A DNA stretch of 64,000 nucleotides, from the NCBI RefSeq assembly GCF_026210795.1, contig NC_089430.1:2108001-2172000 (forward strand), read 5' to 3'. The DNA comes from Rhizophagus irregularis. Taxonomy: Eukaryota. Of the stretch, positions 42,110 through 56,000 are shown piece after piece (position 1 is the stretch's first letter; each line of letters begins with the position of its first letter). The translations under genes were made by a program, and so were the position numbers. The notes under the pieces were generated by a model that saw only the letters and a program-made list of their open reading frames with translations, had not been told where the DNA came from and did not search any database.

Positions 42110-43306
42110 TAGATTTATTCTAGTAAAACCAATTACTGTATTTGACTTATTTATTTCATAGTTTTATTTCAATATTTTTATCTTTTTTATTTATTATACT
42201 AGTTTTTTTATCGTGTATTTTCTATTTTGTATGCAATATGAAAAATTTTTGAAAAACAAATATTATACGATTTCTACGTATATGATAATACTGTATATGA
42301 AAGCTATACTTACAACGAGAAGCCCGAGTTTAGGATTCTTATCCTAGACCTGAGAGGTTAGACACCTTATTCTGGATCTTGTGGTGGCACAGCTGATCGT
42401 TATCAGTCTCATTTATTTTTTTTTATTGCTTAATATCATTTTGTTTCACAAAAAATCAACGTTCTTTCTCTTTCTTAGTTCTTGCACTTTGATCTATAAT
42501 CTTCTCTATTTAGTTTTTACATAAATTATAGTTCTTTTTTTTCATACTGAACAAATTTTTTATTACCATTATTTTCGTAATAATGTGCATTAAAACAATA
42601 AAAAAATTTATCAAAATTTTTAAATCTCAGCTTTCTTGCCAATAATTTATTTGACCTTTTGGCGAATATATGATGACTTTAAAAAGCATGTAATACATTG
42701 TTTTCAAAAAAAAAAAAGTTTCTTCAAATGAAATTGTAACTTGAAAACCATCAATTTATTTGTATAGAGAAGTGAGGGAATACATAAGGATATTATTCGA
42801 AAACAACGCTTATAGCCTTATATCATTATATATATTATACCTCAGGTGTCGATTTGTTTCAGTGTGATTACTGACGTGCGTCAGATATATGTAAGGTATA
42901 ATTAGACATTAAATATTCCAGCCTTAAATTTTTATCACATAAAAAAATGTAATCAGAAACATTTCATTCGAAATTATTTTTAAACTACACTTATAAATAA
43001 AATGTTAAAAAAAGTGTTTATTACCGTGTTAGCTGTCAGGCGTCAATTTACATTTGACAAGGCCCCTTAAATCAGCCAAAAAAAAATTACTATTAGTTAT
43101 ACACATTTTTTTCAGGGCCGGAAGGGACGTTAGCTATCACCTGGCGTGGAAACATACAAAATAAATAATAAACACAAATGCGCAGCAATTAAAATCTTTT
43201 TTCCCTTTATAGAAATTTACAGTTACATGATCATCGTAAAATAATATAAATAGGGCTTCGACTTGAAATTTTAAATTTTAAATTTTGCTGCTTTATTATT
43301 TCAACA

Positions 43307-44757
43307 ATGTCTTCAAAATTTTTGGCAGAGTTATCTAGCGATTATGAAAAATTTTTTGAGACAGAAATTGGATATGATGTTATTATTTATGTCGGAGAAG
43401 ATCAAAATGTCAAAGAAATTCATGCTCATTCAAATATTTTATGTGCTAGATCTCAATATTTTCGTTCTGAATTTTCTAACGAACGGGTCGAGAAAAAGGA
43501 TGGAAAATTTATTTTTAGAAAGCCAAACATTTCACCACAATTATTTAATATCATTCTTAGGTAATATACTATGTAAATAATTTAACATTTTTTATTTAAT
43601 AAAATATTTCTAACTATTAATTTTATTAGGTTTATTTATTGTGGAAATATTGAATTGAAGAATTTACAAGGTCCTGATGTATTAAAGTTGTTGATGGTAG
43701 TGGATGAACTATATATCAATTCGTTAGTTATTTATATTCAAGAATTTTTGATTGAACATCAAACCGAATTTTTAAATCAGAGCCCAATCGAAATCTTTGA
43801 AATTATTTATTAACATGAAAAGTTTACAGATTTATGGAATTTTTGTCTTAAAAAAGTTTGTAATGAACCTAAAATTTTATTTGATTCTGAAAAATTTATT
43901 CAATTAAAAGCTTTTTTATTGGAATTATTATTAAAAAGGGAAGACTTAAATATGGATGAAATTGAAATTTGGGAGTATTTATTAAAATGGAGTTTTGCTC
44001 AACAAAATATACAGAAAAATCCAACAGAATGGAATAAAGATGATATTACAAGGATTGAGAGAGAATTGCACAGATTTATTCCTTTTATTCAATTTTATGA
44101 TATTGAACCTACAGATTTCTTTTACAAAGTTTATTGTTACAAGGAAATCTTACCACCAAATTTAATTCATGATCTCTTAGAATATCATATAGTTCCTAAT
44201 GTAAAACCTAAAGTTAATTTACCTAATTCAAGAAAAATAAATTCAACCTTGATTGAATCGAAACACATTCCTCTTTTTTCTTCATGGATTGGTAGAAAAG
44301 AATCCTCCTATTATGATAGAAAAAGTTGTCCTTATGATTTTAAATTATTATATCGTTCAAGTCGGGATGGAATTGACACTAAAACTTTTCATAATAATTG
44401 TGACAATAAAGGAGCAACTATTTGGGTAGCAAAAATTAAAGACTCAACGCAATTAATTGGAGGATATAATCCACTTGATTGGAATGGAAACTCGGGTTAT
44501 AAAGCTGCGAATGATAGTTTTTTATTTAATTTTACAAATGGAAGAAATATTTCCACTGCAAAATTAGGGTATGTTAATAAGACCAATGTAGCTGTTTATT
44601 GTGAATATAATTATGGACCAAGTATGGGTAATTTATTTTGTAAAAATAATAGGTGGTATACTAATTCTTCTGATAATGGAGATCGTTATCCTAGAATAGG
44701 AATTCCAGAAAGTTTGATGTAGAAGATTATGAAGTATTTCAATTAATTAAAAAGTAA
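43307..44757 (+). pseudogene. BTB/POZ-BACK-TLDc protein, disrupted
   Basis: BTB (DVIIYVG...AHSNIL..RS.YF) and TLDc (FKLLYRSSRDG, FH..CD.KG.T, IGGYNP). Intron 43561-43629. In-frame TAA at 43811. Frameshift near 44712 puts terminal DYEVFQ out of frame. Confidence 0.85.
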
Positions 44758-47499
44758 TTTTCAAATAAAAGTATTTTCATAGTTTAAAAAACCATATAGT
44801 ATCTTATGAAAAATTGTTTCACCACCAATAATTACAATTTTGTGCTTTTAAACAAATTAACTTTGTTAGTAAGGAAATGAATATTTTAATTTAAAATTTG
44901 TAGTAATTTCTATTTTTTTTTTTCATATGGTAATTTAGTGAAGGTTAAATAAATTTAGTTTTAAAAGTATTTTTCTGTATGTACGTAATAACTGAGTGAC
45001 AAGGTAATATTAACATATAATGAAGATAATCACGATGTGTAGAATGAGAGGACAATTTATAAAATTATTACTATGTCATTTTGAAATAATTTCAGAAGTA
45101 GAATTGTTGGAAGTAACCGCGCTTTTTTCAGCAATCCTGTGTATGAGTGTATCTATTAAAATTGGAAGAGGAGATATTTGACAATTTTTTTTTTAAACTG
45201 TTTCTAACATTAAATAAATTTTATTCTTTTAATTTAAATAAACTAATATTAAATCAGGAAAAATTGGCTCAAGAATATTACGACTTGAAGATCCCTATAA
45301 AAAATTTTTATCCGAATATTTCCATTATTTCTCCGTGTCTTCCATAAAAATTCTGTGAAAATGATACATTTACGGATATCCGTGTTAGCGAGATGAAAAT
45401 TTCCATGATTTAAGGCTATAAATTCCATTAAAATGATACATTCACGGAAAAAACATGGAAAAATAAAACACGGATCAGATGTTTTACAGGGAGAGTGAGT
45501 TAGAGCTCAAATTAAGATTCAAGATTTCAAGTTGATCTGAAAATCAATAATAATCTAGCCCAAAATCATTCGTATTCATAATTTGTCTGCCATTGGTGTA
45601 TGCTGGCATTATAATAGTTTAGCCAGCATTGCAGATTACTTTAAACCCACACTTTGCTCTGGACTATAGAATTCTAGTCAGGGTAGCACTGATACAAGAT
45701 GCCCGTTGTCTGATCATTTGATTCCTTACGTTGCATAGCTATTTCATTAACTTAGCTAATAATTGTTGATATCCTCACTCTAATATGGTTAAAAAAGATA
45801 ATTCTCCATACAACATGCAGTATGCTTACCTATTGTAATAACTTGATTGATAATTGGACAATTATCTGGTTTGTTATTCCAACATTCTATAAAGTATTGT
45901 AAATTGTATACATCGCTTAATTGATCAAAAAATATATTTTGTATATAAATAATATATTTTAATACCGGTATAAATTTTTACATAATATCAGGAATCTAAG
46001 ATCTTGTAAAATTTCCAAAGCCATACAAAGAATGGATTGGATAGGCATTAGCAAAAGGTAGCCAACTAATGGATAATTCCCATAAGAGTATATCAATGCT
46101 ATAAATTTCGCTCCTTTTATTTAAAGAGCATGGCCTCATCTGATGATGGTTGGTTCTTTTTTTTTCAGAAATTTTTGGATCAACATGAACATCATAATAA
46201 ATAATTATATATATATACAGTATTATATATTCTTAATAATCCGAAATCTCATAATTTGATGTACCTTGATGAAATAATATATCATTTAAGTGCTTTAGGT
46301 ACGTATGATAATTAAAAACATTTAATTAAGGAGAATAAATTGTACATTATACTTTATATTCATAATATAAAAGGAATTAATCACTAAATCATGATGCACA
46401 ATTCTTTCATCATGTAAATACGATACAGCCTTTCCTCGTTCATTAAGTTTTCTGACGTCCTTAAAAAAGTCTGAGGCCAGGTAACGTCGAGACTGCACCA
46501 AGTTTCTTCAGATGGTTGTAGTGATGAAATAATTACATCCCGGTAGCGGTTCAAAAATCCGTGATATGACAGGCACGAGTCAATTGAAGTGCCAAATTTG
46601 ACTTATCATCCCAAGTGAGTTTATCAAAATGTACTTTTAAATAATTTCAATTAATTGGCATATCCCACTACTAACAAATATTTCTTTTTTAAACTACTAC
46701 TTTGATTTTCTTTTAAGGAAAAAAAAATCAATAATAATTAGGGTCTTAATATTTATCTAAAAAAATATTATCAGTTGAGGAATTTTTAGATGACAATGAT
46801 ATCATAAAATTGCATCATGAAATTTTGAATCGAATTTGTGGATCTACGACGAAAATACCACGCGTATTGTCACAAGATATTTGGAAAATTCAGATTTCCA
46901 CATATTTCCACAATATTCGATGTAGATTTCCATGTTAATTTTAAGTGGAAAAAAATTTCCTGATGAGGATAGTGAAGATAAAATTGATAAAAATTATTCT
47001 GAAGAAGTTGAAGTGCAAATTCAAATGTCTTTAGGTGACGCATCCAGACGGGACCCCGAGCTATACATAGAAAGGTGGTCCTGGTTATTTGCTTAGAATG
47101 AGCCACAAAATCATGTAGATCGCTTCCATTTGTGAATAATGCCGACCAGCATTACATAGTGCTGGCCCCGAAGAAATGCGTAGAGCTAATAGTAAATGTG
47201 GCTATCCCCTGACCATATATATAACTCGGGATCCTATCCAAACCCATGCAAAACTTGGTAAAATTTTTTGAACAATAAAAAACAGATGGATTTAATATGG
47301 AAGGTATGTAAAAAATATCTTGAAGATGACTAATTATACCTTGTAAAACCAACCTATAATTTAAGACTAATTTAATAATAGAATAATAAACTATAAAATT
47401 TTCATGGGGTCCGGGACCCTAGCACAAATATTTTATTAACTAATTATATTAAATTATAAAAATTCATATTCTCCCTCAATACCACGCCTTCATTTTTTC

Positions 47500-48330
47500 C
47501 AATGAAGTTGTAGCATTTTCATTTTTTCATGTACTACATAAGTTCCCTATATATTGATTGTTCCATAATTTTTCCTATATCCTATTTGTTACCAACGGTA
47601 CTGTTTATTGCGTGATCTATTAATTTTCTTTTATTATTTTTTATTATTTCCTAATTTTTTTCCATCATTTTTCAACTTTACTATACTCGCCAATCCCTCC
47701 AAATCTACATCTACCCAATCAGATCTAAACTTCCTTTTGTCTTTCCTAAATATATCTGACTCTTTTTGAAATTAATTACCTCATTGCATCTTATTAACCA
47801 AATTTATGATCGCGATCCATCTAAATAACCATTACAAGCCTTAGTAAAATTCATTTTCTCCGCAACTGAGAAGAATTTCGTTTTTATTAATCTACGTGTT
47901 GCTTCTCTAATAATAGAATAACCTATCATTATGGTTGAAGGCATTGTAGGTAATGTTTGAAGAAAATTTTTTTATGGAACGCTCTTATCGTCGTATCCAG
48001 TTCATTAGCCATTAATTTATCAATGATAATTTCATTCTTGATTAATTTAAATGTGACCAATTTACATTGTAGCATACATTCTTAACAAATAAATTTGATA
48101 GTTGATATCTCTGCCTTATTCTTTATATGTTAGATTTTTTACCCATTATCTAAAGCAATCATCAATTTTAATGCTATTCCATTTTAAATTGATAACTGTT
48201 TCATATTAACCCTATATCCTTTAAATCAATTTTCTCTTCCCATATGTTATGTTAAATGAAGAATTGGTGTGGAGTGGCATAAGTAACTCATTACAGATGA
48301 AACTGATGAAACTAATAACCAAGAATGCCT
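47500..48330 (-). mobile_element. Possible decayed 3' fragment of a non-LTR retrotransposon ORF
   Basis: Broken minus-strand peptides CMLQCK and IWLIRCNEVI resemble the C-terminal Cys/IW..RC region of L1-like ORF2. Many stops. Confidence 0.3.
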
Positions 48331-50089
48331 TTTTCTAGTTTTTTTTGTTGATTTATCTTACTATTGAAATGTATAAACTAAGAATATTTTAATCCGATAG
48401 GTCTTTTCTTTTCTTTCATAAAACTTTAACCAATCAAATTTATTTGCTTAATCAAACGCTCAAAGCGAAACATTATCACCGATACCGACACACTGGCAAG
48501 GTGTACGTTATCTACCTTCTCCCCTCCACGAATAAACCGAATAAACCACACAACAGTCTTCTACAAAAAGTATCATTCCGCCCATGACAGTATTTACAGG
48601 CGGCATTTTTCAATGAAGATCAAGATGGGAGAGATTGTAATAATCGTGAAATTAACCAGGATTTTTTTGCTTCACATTGTTAATTATGGGTTTTCTAGAA
48701 CAAGTCATGCCTAAAGTTCTTGGTTTGTATAGGCGGGACGGTCCCACGTGTGGGATTAGGTTTCAACTTCTTAAATGTATAGTTTAGTCTATCATAATTT
48801 AGGGTAGCAACTACATATTTTGTTGTGATTCTATTCTGTCGTTATGCTAAAAATAAAAAAAAAAATTTATTTCTTAATCAATTTGTTTATCAAAACTATT
48901 TAATGATAAAATTTTATAGAATTCTGATCATTAGATCTAATAGGTTACCGCACTGTAAAAATAAAAATTAAATATGAAGACAAGGATTATCACATTTTGG
49001 GGGGACAAGAAACATGACCAGAATTTCAACTTTTTTCTAAATGCCCAGAGTTGATTTACTTTGACTAAAATGTTGAAATTAATTTTTATTGTTTCTACAG
49101 CAGCAATATAGTACATTGATTTGTTGGTGTTATATTATAAAAACAGCGTATGACTATAAAATTTTTCTGGGAAAGGCCACAGACCCATTTTAGGCTTTAT
49201 TATTATTTATTAACTATTTTTATTTTTATTATTATAACCATATAGAAAATTTTTCAAAAAATGACGTTTCTTTGGAATAAAAGGAGTTTTTCCAGAATTT
49301 TCTTTATAGGGTAAATAATAAAATGCCTAAAATAGTGTTGCTTGCTGTAAGTGGCATTTCAGATAACAACTTGGGTCATTGTTTTGTTTTATTTATGATT
49401 ACCTTTTATGGAAAGGTTTGAGTTCAAAGGAAAGCGAGATAGAAAAATATCAAAAAAAATAATAAAACGATAGTGGCTTATACTTTTTTCTCCCGCTTAA
49501 CCTGTTTTTTATTTTGCTCGTTAAAATAAATTTATTTTTGTTCCTAATTTCGGATTATGGCTCGAAATTACGGTACATTCTTAATTTCGGCCAAATTCGG
49601 TCAATTTTGCATTATGTCACGTGATGTTACGCCGATGTCCAAATAAGGAATTTGTTCCAATACATAAAGTTACACAAGTGTCCTAAGAAGGAAAATAAAA
49701 TTTGTCGATCATTTTGGCTATTATACAAGTCACGTGACATGTATTAATTACGGACAACTTTACGGCAAATACGGCACAACCTTTACAAAGTATTGCAACT
49801 ATTACGGCAGGCATTTGACCTCGACATAGATTTAATAATTGGAATGTTAATGTAAAGATTTACTGTATACAATTACCACTTTGTAAATAAGGAAATTTTC
49901 TCTGTTTCGTATTTTTGCTGTACAACAAACAATGAGCGGCAAAATTTGTTTGTTATACATACAATGCTTCAATGTTTTTGCACATAATACATTTGCATAA
50001 ATATTATTACCATATTTACTAATATTTAATAATAATAAAAAAGGAAAGAAAAGATATTTACTTTAACTTGAAAGAATTTTGATATAGTA

Positions 50090-53000
50090 ATGGGTCAATG
50101 TATTAGTAAAGGTAAACATATAGCATTAATATAAAATATAAATTAAAATTATTCAAATTTTTAAAACAACCTTGAAATATAGTAATAGCTTTCAGTAATG
50201 TTAAAGAAATTGAAGAAAATGGCACTGAAGAATTTGAGGAAAGTGGCACCAAGGAATCTAATATCTGTAAATAATTTAATTACTAGCTGGTCTTATATAA
50301 TATGAATAATAATGAATAATAATGGAATTGCTTATTATCTTTGTTATATTGCAAATAAATAAATAATTTATAAATGATTAATAATACTATAGTTTGTAAG
50401 TTAAATCTTTAGTTCTTTATTTATTCATTTTACATGATATAATATTTAAATAACTAATTTCTTTGTTTAATTAATGATTAATTATACTACAGCTGGTAAG
50501 TTACAGTATTTAAAAATTATTTGATATTTTATATAATTCAACTAATTATATTTTCTAATTAAATAACTAGATTGTAAGTAATATATTTAATTTATTAATT
50601 TATATTTATATCTAACTAATTAGTATAATTAATAATACTACAGGGTGTAAGTTACATAATATTTGTATTTCTATTACTTACATATTATTTAAGCTAAAAA
50701 ATTCCTCATTTAAAAAATTATTTCCTTTAGATCGTAAGTTATAATTTATTTATTATTACTTATTTTATATAGTATTTACATATAATTTGAACTAATCATA
50801 TTTAAAAATTATTTAATAATATAGGGTGTAAGTTAATTATTTAATTCTATTATCACATGTTTATATAATATTTACATATAATTTACACTAACTGAATTTT
50901 TATTTATAAAATTATTTTGTAATTTCTTTTAGATTGTAAGTTATAAGCTTATTTAATTTTATTATTACTTATTCACGTTTAATTTAAACTAATTAAATTC
51001 TTTATTTAAAATTATTTAATAATATAGTTCGTAAGTTATTTATCTAATTCTTTATTTATATAATATTTACATATACTAAATTTTGTAATTTCTTTTAGAT
51101 CGTAAGTTATACTTATTTAATTCCATTATAATTTATTCATATAATATTTACATATAATTTAAACTAATAAATTCTTTATTTAAAAATTATTTAATAATAT
51201 AGGGTGTAAGTATTTTTATAATTCTATTATCACTTATTTGTATAATGTTATATATAATTTATACTAACAATTAAAAAATTATTTTGTAATTCCTATTAGA
51301 TTGTGAGTTATAAGTTATTTATTTAATTCTATTTTTACTATTTTATATAATATTTACATATAAATTTAAAAAATTATTTTGTAATTTCCTTTAGATCGTA
51401 AGTTATGTTATTTATTTAATTTATTATTACTTATTTGCATATAATTTTAACTAAATTCTTTATTTAAAACATTATTTAATAATATATATAGGGAGTAAGT
51501 TATTTATTTAATTCTTTTAACACTTATTTATATAATATTTACATATAATTTAAACACCTAAATTTTTTATTTAAAAAATTATTTTGTAATTTCTTTTAGT
51601 TGGTAAGTTATAAGTGATTTATTTAATTCTATTATTACTTATTGTTATAATTTTACATGTAATTTAAACTAACTAAATTTTTTATTTAAATAGATTGTAA
51701 GTTATAAGTTATTTATTATTACTTACTGTTAAAATATTACATGTAATTTGAACTAACTAAATTCTTTATTTATAAAATTATTTTGTAATTTTTCTTTTAG
51801 ATGGTAAGTTATGAGTTATTTATTTAATTCTATTATAACTTATTTATATAATGTTTACATATAATTCAATCTAACTAAATTCTTTATTTAAAAAATTATC
51901 TTTAGATGGTAAGTTATAAACTATTTATTTAATTTTATTATTACCATATAATTAAAACAATTCTTTATTTAAAAATTAATTAATAATATAGGGAGTAAGT
52001 TATTTATTTATACTATTATTATTTATTTATATATTATTTACATAATATTTAAACTAATTTAATTCCTTATGTAAAAAATTATTTTGTAATTTCTTTTAGA
52101 TCGTAAGTTATAAATAATTTATTTTATTTATTTAATATTTTCATATAATTAAAACTAAGTTCTTTATTAAAAAATTATTTAATAATATAGGATGTAAGTT
52201 ATTTATTTAATTCTATTATTACTTATTTATATAATATTCACATATAATTTAAATTAACTATATTCTGTATTTAAAAAATTATTTAATAACATAGGGAGTA
52301 GGTTTTTTATTCAATTCTATTATTACTTATCTATACAATATTTATATATAATTTAAACTAACTAAATTCTTTATCTAATAATACAATAGGGGGTAAATTA
52401 AATATTTAATTCTAGTAGTATTACTTATTTAAATAATATTTATATATAATATAAACTAACTATATTCTTTACTTAAAAAATTATTTTGTAATTTCCTTTA
52501 GATCGTAAGTTATAAGTTATTTATTTAATTCTATTATATAATGTTTACATATAATTTACATCAATCAAATTCTTTATTTGCAAAACTATTTAATAATATA
52601 GGGTGTAAGTTATTTATTTAATTCTATCATTACTTATTTATAATATTTATATAACTAAATTCTTCATTTAAAAAATTATTTTGTAATTTCTATTAGATCG
52701 TAAGTTATAAATTATTTATTTAATTCTAATTTTACTATTTTATATAATATTTACATATAATTTAAACTAACTAAATTCTTTATTCAAAAAATTATTTTAT
52801 AATTTCCTTTAGATCGTAAGTTATGAGTTATTTATTTAGTTTTATTATTACTTATTTATATTTACATATAGTAATTCAAACTGACTAATAAATTATTTAA
52901 TAATATAGGGTGTAAGTTATTTAATTAATTCTATTATCACTTATTTATATAATATTCACATATAATTTAAACAACTAAATTCTTTATATAAAAATTATTT

Positions 53001-56000
53001 TGTGGTTTCTTTTAGTTGGTAAGTATAAGTTATTTATTTAATTCTATTTATCTATTATTACTTATTTGTATAATATTTACATATAATTTATATCATTTAA
53101 ACTAACTAAATTCTTTATTTATAAATTATTTTGTAATTTCTTTTAGATGGTAAATTATTAATTATTTATTTAGTTCTATTATTTATATATAATTTAAACA
53201 ATTAAATCTTTATTTAAAATATTTAAAAATTATTTAATAATATAGGGAGTAAGTTATTTACTTAATTTTTATTATTATTTATTTATTTAATATTTACATA
53301 TAATTAGAACTAATTAAGTTCTTTATTTAAAAAATTATTTTGTTAATTCCTTCTTAGATTGTAAGTTATAAGTTATTTATTTAATTCTATTTTTATTTAT
53401 TTATATAATATTTACATATAATTTAAACTAATTAAATTCTTTATTTAAAAATTATTTTGTAATTTTTTTTAGATGGCAAGTTATAAATAATTTATTTTAT
53501 TTATATAATATTTTCATATAATTAAAACTAAGTTCTTTACTAAAAAATTATTTAATAATATAGGATGTAAGTTATTATTTAATTCTAGTATTACTTATTT
53601 ATATAATATTCACATATAATTTAAACTAACTAAATTCTTTATTTAAAAAATTATTTTGTAATTTATTTTAGTTGGTGAGTTATAAGTTATTTATTCAATC
53701 TATTATTACTTATTGTTATATTTACACATAATTTAAACTAACTAAATTCTTTATTTAAAACACTATTTTGTAATTTCTTTTAGATTGTAAGTTATAAATT
53801 ATTTAATTCTATTATTACTCATTTATATAATATTTACATATTATTTAAACTAACTAAATTCAAATTCTTTATTTAAAAATTGGTTTGTAATATCTTTTAG
53901 ATCGTAAGCTTTAATTTATTTATTTAATTCTATTATTACTTAATTATATAATACTTACATATGATAAAACAATTCTTTATTTAAAAATTATTTAATAATA
54001 TAGGGAGTAAGTTATTTATTTAATTCTATTATTTGTATAATCTTTACATATAATTAAACTAATTAAATTCTTTATTTAAACAATTATTTAACAACATAGA
54101 GAGTAGGTTTCTTATTTAATTCTATTATTACTTATTTATATAATATTTAAATTAAACTATTTTTTTAAAGTTTAAACTAAACTAAATTATTTATTTAAAA
54201 ATTATTTTGCAATTTTTTTAGATCGTAAGTAATAAGTTATTTATTTAATTCTATTTTTATTATTTTATATAATATTTACATATAATTTAAACTAATTAAA
54301 TTCTTTAATTTCTTTTAGATCGTAAGTTATAAATTATTTATTTAGTTCTGCTATTTATTTATATATAATTTAAACTAATTATATTCTTTATTTAAAAAAT
54401 TATTTAATAATATAGAGTGTAAGTTATTTATTATTACCTATTCATGTAATATTTACATTTAGTTTAAATTAACTAAATTCTTTATTTAAATAATAATTTT
54501 GTAATTTCTTTTAGATGGTAAGTTACAAATGATCTATTTAATTCTATTATTACTTATTTATATAATATTACATATAATTTAAACTAATTAAATTCTTTAT
54601 TAAAAAAATTATTTTGTAATTTCTTTTAGATCGTAAGTTTATTCTGTTGTTACATATTTGTAATATTTACATATAATTTAAACTAACTAAATTCTTTATT
54701 TAAAAAATTATAAATATTATTTAATAATATAGCTTGTAAGTTATTTGTTGTTTCTAATTGTTATATATTATATATAATATTTATTTATTAACTGAATTCT
54801 TTCATTTAAAAATTTCTGTCACTTTAGTTGGTAAGTTATGAAATATAGTTTTTTTATTATTATATATATTTATACAAAAACTGATGACATATATTATATT
54901 AAATTCCAATTTAAATTAGAGTAAGTGTTAATTTTAATCTTTAATTTATTATAAACTTTAATATAATTTTAATTGATTAAATTTATAGATTTGGAAAAAG
55001 TGGAAATACAATTATAGATGAATTTATTTTTGAAAAAAAGTTAAAATGGATTCCTTATAATAAATTTAAAAATATTGAATATCTTGATAAAGGAGGATTT
55101 AGTACTATATACAAAGCTACTTGGTTAAATAATAATAATGATAAAGAAATAATTCTTAAATGTCATGATAATTTAAATGATAATTTAAATGAATTTTTAA
55201 ATGAAGTATGATATTATATTATTTATTTCTTTTAATTTAATTTACAATTTATTTATTAATTAATATGTTATTATTTTATAGTGGAAATATCATGAAAGCT
55301 GTTTAGATTCATATGATATTATTTATTTTTATGGATTTACAAAAAAACCGGATACTTTGAAATATATGGTAGTAATGGATTATGCAAACAAAGGTAATTT
55401 AAGAGGAAACCTAACAAGAATAATCAAAAATAATTGGAATCAAAAGTTATATATGTTGTATGAAATTATTTCTGGGCTTATTAATATACATAAACAAAAT
55501 CTTATTCATTGTGATCTTCATGATGGAAATATTTTAAATCATAATGAGAGTAAAATTTATATTAGTGATTTAGGATTATGCAAACCTATAAAATCATTTT
55601 TGAAAAAGTATAGTATTTATGGTGTTGTACCATTTATGGCACCTGAAATTTTAAGAGGCAAACCTTATACCCCAGCTAGTGATATATACAGTTTTTCTAT
55701 GATTATGTGGGAATTTACATCTGGGATACCACCATTTAATAATAGAGCACATGGTATTCAACTTAGTTTAGATATTTGTGAAGGTGAACGTCCTGAAATT
55801 ATTGAAAATACTCCACAATGTTATGTAGATTTGATGAAAAGATGTTGGGATGAAAATCCATTAAAAAGGCCATCTTCTGAAATAGTTTTAAATATTATTA
55901 AAGAATGGATATTTCTTCCTTATGACAGGAAAATTGAAGATATTAATGAAGAATTAAAATGCAATATTATGGAATTCATAAATGCACCAATAGGGCATAA

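Noticed and set aside
45293..45491. Possible MITE ccctataaaa...ttttacaggg
   Set aside because: TIR is short and imperfect, with no TSD.
50281..50295. Extra microexon tactag|CTG|gtctta
   Set aside because: The upstream intron would be only 20 nt and the donor is poor.
50393..54830. Reading the microexons in phase 0 as a hydrophobic I/G/M-rich membrane segment
   Set aside because: Exons 1 and 2 end in phase 1, and only phase 1 plus the 1-nt exon joins the kinase frame.
50393..54920. Array read as a CRISPR array or plain satellite
   Set aside because: Eukaryotic context with no cas genes. The variable part is 3 nt between splice signals, and it joins two coding regions in frame.
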